64,000 nucleotides of DNA from Camelus ferus (Eukaryota), in assembly GCF_009834535.1 (NCBI RefSeq), contig NC_045697.1, positions 30,444,001 to 30,508,000 of the forward strand, written 5' to 3'. The notes beneath the pieces were generated by a model. It saw only the letters and a list, made by a program, of their open reading frames with translations, was not told where the DNA came from and did not search any database. Position 1 is the stretch's first letter. Each line of letters begins with the position of its first letter. The translations under genes and the position numbers were made by a program. Positions 13,530 to 26,999 of this stretch are shown piece by piece.

Positions 13530-16500
13530 TCAGAGACTGTGAGCCAAGACAAGGACAAATTAGATCCTCCATTTGGAGTTTGACATTAAAAAATGTCAAA
13601 AACATGGATTTTTACTCTCTGCCACACACCAAGGTGACATGGTGAGTCCACTTGTAATAGGATGCATAGCTTCCTGTGGCTTTGTGGCTGATGGGGTGCC
13701 TGGTGAGTCACCCCAGCCAGACTCTGGGAGAAGGCTGGGCTCTGATGGGGGCACTGGGCAGAGACACCCTCTCTGTGGCATGAACTGGACAGCACAGATC
13801 TGAACCTACACCTTTGGCTTCATTAATATCCTCATTCTAATGAACCGAGCCAGCCCTGCAGACTCAATTCCTCATTGACAGGAGGGCTGAGAGCAATCAT
13901 TACTTCTATTTCTGGAGTGCCCTCATGCCCTTGCTATTAATCAGCTGATCCAGTCCCTGCTGAGAGGACGTCGCTCCCAGATGCAAACTGGAGAAGAAAG
14001 ACAAGTTCCTTTGAAGAGATCGCGAAACATCTAAGGTAAAACGACGCATGGGCCTATGAGGCCGATGATGATAAACCCAAAGCAAGACCATGTCAGCCAA
14101 CATCTGTGTTCACGCTTCTTTCTTTTAATCTGTCTGCCAACTTCGATTTCTTGTCAAGACCAACGTGTAGGCTGATCTACATCAGGATCACCTGAAAAGC
14201 AGCACTGCCTCCCCTTAGAGCCTCTCCCATCAAATCACCAAACCTCTACGACGGCATGTGCCGAGTGCCAGGCAGCCCCCGTAAACGTACTCTAAAGCAT
14301 GTTAACTGTCGATCAGTGGAAAGCAAACAGCAAACAGAAAACAATCAGTTCACTTCAAAAAGAAAAAAAGAAAGGAAAAAAAACCCCTCCATAGTGAAAA
14401 TGTGATTTAATATTGTCAGTCCAAGGATCTTGAAACTTCACCCTAAATGTAACCATTACAAGGAACATTCTCTTCTTTCCAGACCACCACCCAGAAGGGG
14501 CTGTTTGTAAATACCCAGAGAGAGATACATTTTAGGGTTTACTTAGAGGTATGAGGGTGCCCCTCATCTCCTCTCCGCCAACACAGAACAATGGCAACAA
14601 ACAAAATACTGTAGATTTTAGATGCCAATGTCCATTGTTTATGACAGAAATGTAACCAACAACATGCAGTCTCTGGAAATGTTGACTAGCTGTATTTTTC
14701 CCCCCTTAGGAACCTTTAAAAATGAAAAATGGTGAGATGCTCAAGGGCTTCCAGGGGGACAACGAATCAAATAGCTGTGGCTAAGAAACTGATTCTTCTA
14801 GAAAATGCAGGATGATGACCACCGAAGCCAACCTTCAGAAAGCTCCCTGCAGTACTTCATGCTTTATTGTGTTGCTTCTTACTGTTCTTCCCAAAGTAAC
14901 TAAGATGTCAGGGGAAGGTGGGACAAGTCTCCTTTTTCAACTATTTAATAAGAATACAGACACAGCCCAGAGCATATAGGAAGCACTTTTGACAATCTTC
15001 TGAATCTATAAAATGCTACTGCTCCTAAATCCCTCAGGAAAAATGACAAGTCAACTCGGAGGCCAGTTCTCTGAAGTTCAGGAGAGGATTACAGGCTGCA
15101 TGTTCCATGAGCAGATGGGGGATGAGGACCAGCACAGTGTCTCAAGAAATATTTACTAATACACACGGAGACTCTTATAAATGAATAGAGTGTCTTAGTT
15201 TATAGCTTTTGTACTCTCATCTGAACATTCCACAAATATTGGGCGCAAGCTTGTTTTTTACAGTGATTTTGAGTGCTGAAGAAATAACTGGATGCCAGGT
15301 AGAGTTTCAGGCTAGAGCTGCCTGATGAGCTAGGAACTTGGCCGGAGTGGCAGCCAAGACAGAGTGGGCTTGCTGCCCTGGAGAAGAAGGGATGCGGGTA
15401 TGGGAAGTATCTTTCACACACCGAACACTGGAAGAGATGATGCCTCTGTCCCCAGCCAGGTGGAAAGGAAGAACCGAGCTCATGATTTAAACCAAATCTT
15501 AATGGAGAAAAGACCTCAAATAGTTGCGTATTATATCTTACAATGACCCAAACCAAATGAACAAGAAAGTAAACAGCTGAACCATACAAGTGGGGAAGGT
15601 ATGAGATTTTTATTTACTTCTAGCTTTTTGTTCTTTTATCAGTAAAATCAAAGGACGATACTGATTGGGGAGTCTCAACTGTAGCACACTAGCAGTTTTC
15701 ATTCATTTAATCCTATAATCCCATTCTAGACCCAAAGTTGTATTTACTGTTTGCATTTTAATCAGCATGTCCCAGTTGATTTACAGCCTATATACCTTTA
15801 ACATAACCTTGATGAAGGGAGCAAACTATGAAAGGAAAGGCTAAAACAAAATTACCTAGAAAGAACTGTTTGAATATATTTTGTCCAATGTCCTAAAGAG
15901 CACTCAGTTGTTTTAATCATATTGATAACTCACATTATGATATAGATTTTTAGGGAAAAAAATCTGACTTCAGGACAAGCATGATTTGTTTTCTTAAATG
16001 AAGGATAAACTTGTAATATGCAGAGAAAAAATCATTATGTAATACACTACATTATGAAGATAATGTATGAAAGTGCACTCAGAATATCAGAGAGTAACTA
16101 TAATCATAAAACAGTTCTTGTCTACAGTTTTTTTTCAAATGCTTCATTCTGAATTTATTCTCAGAACTGATATATGTAAAAATAGCAACTGTAATCCTTA
16201 AAGCTGAATTCTTTTTTCAGTACCTTAAAATATCTGAATAGTATTTCACATCAATACATTGAAGTGTGCAATGAAAAATATTACTATTATACTTGATGGA
16301 AAACAGCAAATCTTTCCACTTAATGTGTACTGCTAGCAGCAATACTTAGCTTTCCAGACAGTATAATTATAAACATAAGTACTGTGCGATGCCCATTATC
16401 ACTAAGAAATGGAGAAAAGTTCTGTTTTCACATGAACACAATTGAATGGTCACCGATCCATGATTCTTAACTGAGCAAAGTGTGAAAATGTATTTTGAAT

Positions 16501-18699
16501 TTTCAAAACTTTTCTTTCCTAGTCACAGAATGCTCCCCTCAAGTGATGGTAGAGAAGTACAAAGTCAACAGTTTACAAAAGGGCTCTAAAACAACCTCCT
16601 TTATCCCTAGCTTCTCTAAAATTAAACACCATAAAATGTTAATAAGTCACAATCACAGAGCACTCTAAAATGACCACGTCTCTCTAATTTATTTAGCTTT
16701 ATTGTGCAATCTGTTCAGAGATAATATCATGTTGCAAACTGTGCCTAGTCTGATTCTATAATCTGAACCCATGATTATTTTTTTAATTAAAAATTTCATT
16801 TCGAGAAATTCTTCAAAATGTAAGTGGTTTAATCCAAGCTAAATCTGATAAATGAAGAAGAGGGATGGAGCAATCAAAACACAGACTCCCTACTTTAACG
16901 TCCTTCTTTGTAAAGAAAGCCTTGAATGGAATATGCCCATCACAGCATAATCCCAAGAGTATTCTGTTTCCATGAAGGGAGATCACAGTAGTCAAGATTA
17001 GTGGTAACCTTTTGATTTTAGCCCAGCGAAGGGTGAAATTTATTAATATTAAAAATGCAGAAGCAGAAGGAAAATTTTTCTGACCTATACTATCATGTAT
17101 CCATATATTACATCTACCAAAAGAAATTCCAACTAGTTCAAAATAGATGACTTCCTTAAAACATTAATATAACTTCTTTTCATGAGAGGACTTCATAGCA
17201 TAGAAAATAGAAGTTGGAAAATGAAAGCATCTTTGGAAGCATCACCCCTGTCTTAAATCAATGAACTACTGTATGTCTTTAAAAAAAAATGCCATCCAAT
17301 TTTTTTTCCTAATGGCAAACATCAACACAGCAAAACAGGATGCAATTTTTCTAAATAAATAAATCAATGATGTGTCAAAAATTAACAGATGAGTTAATAT
17401 ACTTGGTGCTATCAAAACCAGATGGTGCTTCCTAATATTCATCCTGCTCAGTCAATCCCTGAATATTTTCTGGACCATCGGTATATAAAATAGGAATGCT
17501 GCTATTTGTGATGGCAAACAAAAGCAATCATGCCTGCCAAGCACATACTATAACAGGCAGCATTTCAGCTCTGCTAGACAGAAAGTAATTAGAATGCTTT
17601 TAATGTCCAAAAGAATGATGCTGATAGGCTGCCACAGATGTGTAGATTTATGAATATTTATATGGTGGTTTATAGCTGACACTTTTATCAGTTGAAGAAG
17701 ATAAAATATCTGCCTGACTCAAAAGCTTGACAGTCAGGTTAATAAAATCTCATTAAAGAGAATGACCTATGCAATTATATAGGATTTATTGTAATTCATT
17801 TTTGATTGTACTCTGCTTAAAGATGCAATTTCCCATTTCCTGATGCCAAATTTAGGCTGCATATCAAGATCTACATGGGTTTTAACTCTAAGCCTCCCAC
17901 AGAGGAAAAATATGCTTTTAGAATCATGGTATATTACCCCTTTTAAGGAAAATTATACTCTTCAGGAGACTTTATAATGTTGAAAAAATCTATTTTTAAT
18001 CGTGTATTTCTCCTCTCAATGGTTTATGGCCCTTAATGGCAAATAAGATTCACTTCAACCCTTTCATCTCTTCACTGCATTTACTCTGGACACTCAGCTA
18101 TCTCCCTTCCATCCTTGATTCATTTAATCACATCAATGTTTTGACTATTTTCAGTTTACCAGGTGGCCCTGAGACGTTGCAAAAACACTGTTGTGAGGGT
18201 GCAACAAGCAACCCCCCACCCACACCCCACCTGGTATGCTTAAATGGCTCTGTGCACACATGCTTATTGGTTCAAAGTGGAACCACTAGTTTCTCAAAGA
18301 GCCAATCAGCTCTTCAGGTGACTGTCCCTCTGATGGCCACTCACATCTCTGTGCCTGTCAGATGGCTTTGTCCCTCAGTGATTAGTATTATGACCACAAT
18401 TCATGATGTCTAGTACTGTGGTTCCCCCCCACCCTCCCCAAGACCATTTTCCTCACTGCATGGAAGAAATCTACCATCCAATTCCGAGCTTTTCAAAAAA
18501 CACATGGCATCCTGCCCTTGGTGCTACCAAGCTTACCTCTCTACGATCTCTCCTAAAGAAAAACTGACAATAAAAGGAAATAAGAAATATCGGGAGTCTG
18601 AGGAGCATCAACAAGCCCCTTTTCACTCTTCCGGATTCTGTTATGGGATTTCCACCTGGGGACACAGACAAAATAAACTAAACAGGACATTAGAAGAAA

Positions 18700-19330
18700 T
18701 ACCGAAAGAGAACATTCAGGACAAGGTAAGAAGAAAAACAACAAAAAGTCCTGGATGAAAGAGCAGGGGAACTGCCATTGTAGAAGGGGCCCGGAAAAGA
18801 ACAGCAAGTGACTGGTGCAGAAAAAAGGAATAATACACGAAAAACAGAAAGAAAAGGCAAGGTTAAAACTATGGAGGAAAATGAAAAAGAGAGGGGGAAA
18901 ATTTTATATCCTATTTAAAAATGTAAAAGAAAGACAGCAAAGACTGAAAGGAGAAAGCAAGATGAGATTAAAGACTGAACTGGGCAGATAAAGAGGGGGA
19001 AAACCCCAGTGAACGTGGTGGAACTGAGATTTTGCAAAGGAGTAAGCAAAATATAGAATATGGGAAAAGGACCCAAACTTCTGGACAAGACAAAAATAAA
19101 GAAAAGGCAGAGCTGGGAAATAAACAAGAAATGAACAAGTAGTATAGAAGAAAATCAAACCCCAAACCCAGAAGGAACACAAACCTCACTAAAAAGGGGG
19201 AGAAGACAAATGAAAAACGAGGAAAACAGAAGTAGGGTAGCTTAAAAACGAATATAAAAACACAATAGAATATCAAAACAGAATAAAACCACACCCCACA
19301 AACAATAAGAACATCCAACTAAGAACCCCG
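18700..19330 (+). repeat. A/G-rich low-complexity tract at the edge of the CpG island
   Basis: Strong purine excess and T depletion on the + strand. Confidence 0.7.
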
Positions 19331-20458
19331 GCGAAAGCCCTCCAACATCTCCGAATCAGTGAGGGATGTGACAGAGTAAGTCTTCACTATAAACTGTAAT
19401 TAGATTTTCTGCCTCAAAACCAATCCTTCATGTGTCAAAATATTGACAAACAACAGAACAGGAGCTTAGGCATCTATAACTCATTTCAAGACAACGCTCA
19501 TATTTTCATTAGAAAAAAAAAAAGCGCCTTGGATTCACCGATATGCAGGATTTTGGGAGCTTCAACGTATCATAAAAGGCCCGAGCGGGAACTTTTAGTT
19601 CTGAGAAGCGGGAAAACGCGGCTGCGCGTCAAGGGAGCAGGGAGCACCCCGGGGCGCAGGCCTCAGGCGGCGGCCTCTCCACCAGCGCGCCTCCCCCGCC
19701 CCCCGCAGCCGGCAGGGAGTCTCGAACCCGGGGTGGGGGCTCTCCCCGAAGGGCACTTGTGGGGGCGCGGCGGCGGGGCGGGGGGCGGGGCGGACGTCTC
19801 CTCGCCCGAAGTCGGCGGCGCCAGGCGAGCCCCCGTTCCACTCGCGTGGCTGGTGCCGAGGCGCGCGGCGTTCTCACACCCACGGGCTGAGACTCCGGGG
19901 TGTGTGGGAAAGAGGAGCAGGGAGACGCAGACAGCGCGCACCCGGGAAAAGCGCACAGGAAAAGAGAAGGGAGACAGCCCGAGGGCCGTAAGAGTGGACC
20001 GCGACACAGCGAGGGAAAAAGGGAACGGGAAGGCGAGCGAGAAGTAAAGAGGAGGAAAAAAACAAATGGAGGAGACGGAAATAAAGGGAAGAAGTGGGGG
20101 AGAAAGTGAAGCAGCGGAGGGCGGCCCTGAGAGCCGCCGGAGTAGCGCTCGCTTCTCCCGGAGCGGCCGCCGCCGCTGTCACCTTAGGGTGTCCCGCCCG
20201 CCCTACTCCCGGGCCGCGGTCCGACGCCGGGCTGCCTCCCCGGCCCCCTCCCGAACGGTCTCGGCCGCCGATCGCCACCGCCGCGCTTCCTGGGCGCCAA
20301 GCGGGATGCGAGCGGCGGAGCCACCTGTTAAGAGGCGCGCGCGCCGTCGGAAGCCCAGGACGCGGCGGAGGTGGAGGCGGCGGCGCGGAATCCTCCAGAA
20401 GTTGCGGCCCGCGCGTGGAGGCCTCGGGGGTGAGCTCGGACGCCCCGACCCTCCCTCA

Positions 20459-21367
<909 letters not shown>

Positions 21368-21410
21368 TTAGGGTAATATCTGCTAATGATAATGGGGGCG
21401 GAGGCGGAAC

Positions 21411-21610
21411 CTGGCGCCGCCGCTGCTGCCCGCGTGGTCGCCCGGTCGAGTGTGCGTCTCCGACGGGGGGCAGGGAAGGGATAAGCCGGGACCCGGAGGG
21501 CGCGCTGGTAACAGCGCGAGGTTCCAGCCGGGACGAGACTTCGGAGGAGCAGATGTGCTGCTGTGGGCGGGGTCCAGTTTCAGGAAGGAGCTCTTGGCGC
21601 CCCCTGCATG
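21411..21610 (-). other. BEND4: Possible non-coding first exon of BEND4 (borders uncertain)
   Basis: Weak donor CCAG|GTTCCG at 21411/21410 would give a 75-nt intron. GC boxes just upstream at 21653-21667. Confidence 0.3.
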
Positions 21611-21899
21611 ACCCCAAACTCTCGGGGCTGCACTGAGGGACTGGTAGTAGTTGGGGCGGGGCGGGGTAGCTGGAGTACGTGTATGCCTCGGGTAGATGTT
21701 ACAGCCCGTTCTTCTGCCGGTCAGGAATTGCTCCCCCGACCTTCTGAAAAGAATACCTAGACGGCCTTGACCCAGGTCGCTGCGAGTTGTTTGCGCGCCC
21801 AGGGGTTTCTGCCTATACCCAGCTCGTAGCCTTCCAGCTCATACGGTCATAGGAGCACACAAGGAATTGGAGTTTCACATTATTTGGTTAGTTTACTAC

Positions 21900-22050
21900 G
21901 GGGTACCGAGAGGGCATGATAGAATTAGTTTCCCCATTCTACAGATGAGAAAACCGAGGCTCTTCAAGGGTATTGCCCAAAGTCATATACTCAAGTGTAT
22001 GGCTGAGTTGTACAGATGTACCCAGGTATTCAAATTCTCACTTCTTGTAG
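21900..22050. mobile_element. MIR SINE
   Basis: ccccattctacagatgagaaaaccgaggctc...ttgcccaaagtcata. Confidence 0.7.
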
Positions 22051-24587
22051 CAGGTAGACCTCCGTGCAATTGAGGGAAAAACATGACATGATATCTCCTT
22101 TGGGGATGGTGACCCTCAGCAATGTCATTTGATATATATGTGTATGTGCTTGTAGGACCAAGATAGTATGAACGCTCTTGCTTCCAGCGTTGCCCAGAGA
22201 GTTCCTCAGTGCACCTAGGGCCACCAGGCCAGGGTTTCTGGAGGACACACAGTTTCAGCAGTTGTTTGAATGAGGGAAGAGCCTCTGTGGTTTGGAGGAG
22301 GATCCCATGGGCTAGAGATGTCTTCAAATCTCGTCGTGGATTGTCCTGCCTTCTCCCAGCCACTCTTGGGAGCAAATCACCCCTCCCCTAGGGCAACTCC
22401 AAAACCAGCACACTCCCTCCCAGGTTTGGTTTTCAAGCCTTCAATCTTCATTCTCCACGTTCAGATTCTGGATGCTTGGCTTCCTCAATGCCTGACCATC
22501 ATCTTTCCCCTCTGAAGTTAGATTCCTTTCCAGAGCTTTCCTTTTACTCTTGGGAAGGTGAGCTATTTTCTTCTTCTGAGGGTTCAGGACCTTGGCCTCT
22601 CATTTGCCAGATCCCCCTTCCTTTGGAAGCCTCTCTCCTTGCAGATCAGCTTCTGTGTTTCTCCACCCTAGATAGTATCCCTCTCTCCTTCTGCCTCCTC
22701 AGATGGTGCTCCGCACCCCCCCTCCATTTATTAGAGATGAAATAAATAATGCCATAAATAAAAGTATTTGGGAGTCCAGGAACTGTCAGGGCTGATTAGG
22801 GCATAGAGGACATTTTCTTTCTCATTATGCAAAAGCATTTCATGGGGAAATAAAAGAGGTTTCATTGTAACTCATGCATGTCATATTTCAAGGAATTCAA
22901 GATATTAATCATATTTAACATTATTTGCAACATTTCTCCCTGGCTTCTGAAAACTGCTAAATGAGGACACGTGGATCACTAAGAAAAAGGGAGACAAGCA
23001 TGAGAGGGACAGTTAAGAAATAATGAAATGCTGGTGAAAGACAAGGAGAGAGAATGAGATGCCAGGGAGATGTTTCTTAGGCACATAAGTGAGAAATGGG
23101 GTAGCTTCTTCTGAGACGTGAGACAGCTGAAATTGAATGATATAGTGGAGGAAATAAATGATAACAAACCTCCCCACACTTCTCCTTCTATAAAGCAGTT
23201 CTGAATTTTGCATTGAAATGTTTCCCTCCCACTTTCCTCCCAGATAATTTGCCAATAAGTCCTGGCTTTTGAAAAGAAATTGGGGGGTGGCAGTTTGTGT
23301 GTGTGTGTTGCGGGGGTTAGAGAGGAGAAATTCTTCAGTCCTACTGAAGAAGTAATTTCTTATACCTGGGAGCTTTCTCTTTTGCTTATGTATTTTTAAT
23401 TTGTATCATCCTCACCATTTAAACAGCGTAAGAGACTGGGAACAGTAGTTCTGTTGTTATATTTTACCAGCGAGAAGGACCTGCCATCCTGTATGTCAAA
23501 AAGTGAATGTTTCTATAAAACTGAACGGTAAAATGAGTGGTTTAGCTAAGAAAATAAAAAGAGGTCCTAGAGGAAAAATGTTAGAATTTTTTAAATGACC
23601 AGCTTTTAGATTCTCATGCTAGCAGTCACCTATGTCTGGGTCCATAGAAAAATGAAGTGCTCAATAATCACTCTTTAGAGAATAAAATGGGCATTTACTC
23701 TAAGTGTGGAGTTGAACTCAGTTTTTAAATTGTAACTGACCACTACTCCCTGCCTGGGGTTGTACTTAGCTAAGTATTGTACGTAAATGTAATGTATTGA
23801 AGTGTTTATAAAATCACTGGTAGCACTTTGTAAGCATCTTGCTCTAAATTATAGTCCAGATGATCAGATGGTGGCTTTTGTTGATATCTTCTCTTTAGGG
23901 TCTCATAGGGGCTGACAGGATGGTAATTACACCCATGCTTTAAATCTTTTTAGATATTTACTCTTATCTCCAAAAAAAAAAAAATAGGTAGTGAACTTTT
24001 AAAAGCCTAGTGGCTATTTATGGACTGGGTGATTTTTTGATTGGCAGCTTGTCAATTCCTTGAGCCATCCAGAATATAGCTTTTAAATAATAAGTCAGCC
24101 ATGGGAAATGCTTTTTATTGCACCAATTTCAGTGATATTTAATGAGCTTCTGATTGACTGTTTGATCTCCCAATGTTTTGTGCTACTTTTAATTCATTTC
24201 GTATAATAGGAAAAAAAAGTAATTGGAATAAAATTTTGTGACAAGATAATGACCTTCCACTTTGAAATTAAATGTCTGATTAGCTTCAACATTTTAATGC
24301 TGAGATGCTACTGCAGCAGGAACAGGGGTGTGCATACTATCATTCGGTGGAAAATGACTGAGGAATACTCCTTTGCTTTTCCTATTTGCATAGCAGAAAG
24401 GTCACGGTGGCTTCAGAATCATAAACTCGTAGTCCTAGAAGGGACCAAAGTGGTCTTTTATTCTTGTGACTGAGCCTATGCCCATGGCTTTTCTAGGACC
24501 CTGCCAAGTGGTTGTACAAATGATGCTTAAATACCACCTTCAGTCATGGGGACCTCGCTGCTTCTGGAAGCATTGTTCACCCAGGGA

Positions 24588-25290
24588 TTTATTCAACAAA
24601 TATTTATTGAGTGCCTACTGTGTTCTAGGGACCTTTCTAAACACTGGAGGATATAGTGAAGGCAAATTCCAGGATCCTACTAATATAGATTTGGGGTGGG
24701 TAGATAATAAACAAATGAACCAGGAACTAACAGAACAATATTAGTATATTTATATAACAAACACAGATTTATAAAATATGTGATAAATATAGTATGCTTA
24801 TGTAATAAACATGCTATAATATTTAAAATGTTAATATAAAACATAATAATACTATTATTATTATTGTTGCTGTTGTTGTTGTTATTATTATTATTATTTC
24901 AGATAGAAATAATTATGATGGAAAAAATGGAGTGGAAATGTTACTTTTGATAGAGTGATTGAGAAGACCTCTCTGACGTGGAACAATTGATCTGAGAGGT
25001 TGTTTGTGAAAAAGAGCAGTGGTTGACAAGAGCAGTCCGGGCCGAGGGACAACAGGCGTAGAAGCCATAAGGTGGGAACAAGCTTGATGTTCTCAGGGAG
25101 CTGAAGGACGGGCGGGCAGTCGGAGAGTCCTGGCAAGAGGCAGAGTGAGGAGATGAGGCTGGAGAGGCAGGCGGGGCCCTGGCTGGGCAGGGCCTTGTCC
25201 ATCTGGGGAAACGTTTGAGCTTCATTCTAAATGCAGTGGGAAGCTTGGAGGCAGTTAAGCTGGTGAGTGACATGACCAGATTTATGTTCT
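24588..25290 (-). mobile_element. L2 3' fragment with an internal AT-rich/(TAT,TGT)n insert
   Basis: ttattcaacaaatatttattgagtgcctactgtg is the antisense L2 terminus. Confidence 0.75.
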
Positions 25291-25609
25291 TAAAAGAAAA
25301 TTTTCACAAAAGGTAAAATCATGATTCCCATACATAAAAATGAACAGATGTTAAAGATTTTATTTAATTTGCTCAGTGTCAGGTGACAATTTGGCGTGGG
25401 ATAACGGAATGTTGAATTGAATGTGTAAATGGTTTTTTTGTGTGTAAGCTGGTTTTCCCGTGGCAGGTGTGTGTGAGGGCGGGAAGGAAACCTCTACCAG
25501 GAGGGACGGTTTGCACGTCTATCTGTTCAGATAATCGAGGAGGGTGTGCTGTATGTAGACAAGGCATAGTTTTCCAGTGAAAGACAATTTCTTTCCTACA
25601 ATGCTTTAA

Positions 25610-26070
25610 AGAAAACTTTTTATTTTGAATGAGTTATAGGTTCTAAACTTGTTATTTTGAAATACGGACTTGCAGGAAGTTGCAAAGATCGTGCAGAGAG
25701 GTCCCAGGTACACTTCATCCATTTCCTCCCATGGGCACATTTCATGTAACTATAGTTACGTAAGTGGAATCATGCAATATGTGGTCTTTTGAGGTTTTTC
25801 CACTTAAACTTAATGCCCTTGAAATCCATCCATGTTGTTGTATCAATAGTTTGGTCCTTTTCATTGTTGAGTAGTATTCCACAGTGGATATCCCACTGTT
25901 CAACCATTCACATGTTGTAGAACATTTTGGTTGCTTCAAGTTTGGGACTATTGCAAAAAAGGTGCTCTGAATAGCCAGGGACAGGTTTTTGTGTGGATGT
26001 AAGTTTTATTTCTCTGGGAGTAAATGTCCAGGAGTCTATTCCTGGGTCCTTCTGTAATATTTTACAAGGT
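25610..26070 (-). mobile_element. Old L1 (L1MB/MC-type) 3' fragment
   Basis: gtggaatcatgcaatatgtggtcttttg...atccatccatgttgttgtatcaatagtttggtccttttcattgttgagtagtattcc. Confidence 0.75.
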
Positions 26071-26586
26071 TCATTCTGCTTGGTGGACAATAGACTGCAG
26101 AGGTTCAGACTAGCAGCAGGGAGATTGTTTTTAAACAGTGTCCGAGTAACCCTTTCCCAATACAGTCGTGTCTCTCTGCTGCCCTCCATTGTCTTCCTCT
26201 TCATTAGAGTACAATTCAAAGCCATGTAGTTGCCTACTTAAGGCCCCTCGGAATCTACAATTACCCCTTGCCTCTGGGACCTCATTCCTTCCGTTCCCTT
26301 CCTCACTCCACTCCTGCCTCGTTGGCCCTGAACAGGCCCCAAATGTCCTGCCTCAGGATTCTTACTCTCAAGTTTCCGTCTACTTAAAATGTTCTTTCTG
26401 CAGATGTCCTACATAACTCCCTACCTTATCTCTTCCCAGTCTTTGCTCTAGTATTGCTCTTTCAGTGAGGCCTTCACTAATCACCCTGTTTACAATTGCA
26501 ACCCAGCCTCCCCTCCCCCATACTCCTTATCTCCCCTTCTATCCAGCGCCTATCACAGTCTGCCATGCTATATACTGTACATTGTA

Positions 26587-26999
26587 CAGTCAGCCCTCCA
26601 GATCCTTGGGTTCCGCATTTGCTATTTTAACCAACCGAGGATTGAATTTTGAAATTCGATTTTCTGATACCAAGGGCTGACTGTATTATGCCATTTTGTG
26701 TAGTGACTTAGCAGCCATTTTATGTAGGGTCCTGAGCAGCCATTTTGTATAGGGTCTTGAACAGCCATTCTGTGTGGGGACACTTGAGCAGCCATTTTGT
26801 ATAAGGTCCTGAGCAGCCATTTTGTGTGAGGGTCCTGAGTAGCCATGTTGTGGAGGGTCTTGAGCAGCCATTTTCTGTGGGAGTCTTGAGCAGCCATTTT
26901 GTGTGGGGGTCTTGAGCAGCCATTTTGTGTAGGGGTCTGGAGAATCGGAGGATCTTGGTATCCACAAGAGGTCCTGGAACCAATGCTGAGGAGTGACTG
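26587..26999. mobile_element. TcMar-Tigger MITE (MER2-like ends)
   Basis: TA-CAGTCAGCCCT at 26585-26597 with inverted copy AGGGCTGACTG-TA at 26673-26685. Second right end gatcttggtatcc...gtcctggaaccaat...gtgactg. Confidence 0.7.
26690..26941. repeat. Minisatellite, 10 copies of a ~25-27 bp unit (GAGCAGCCATTTTGTGTRGGGTCYT)
   Basis: Units counted directly. Explains the repetitive KMAAQD/KWLL/QNGCS ORFs in all three minus frames. Confidence 0.95.

Noticed and set aside
18904..19318. Phe/Leu-rich membrane-like ORFs
   Set aside because: Compositional effect of the pyrimidine-rich minus strand inside a BEND4 intron.
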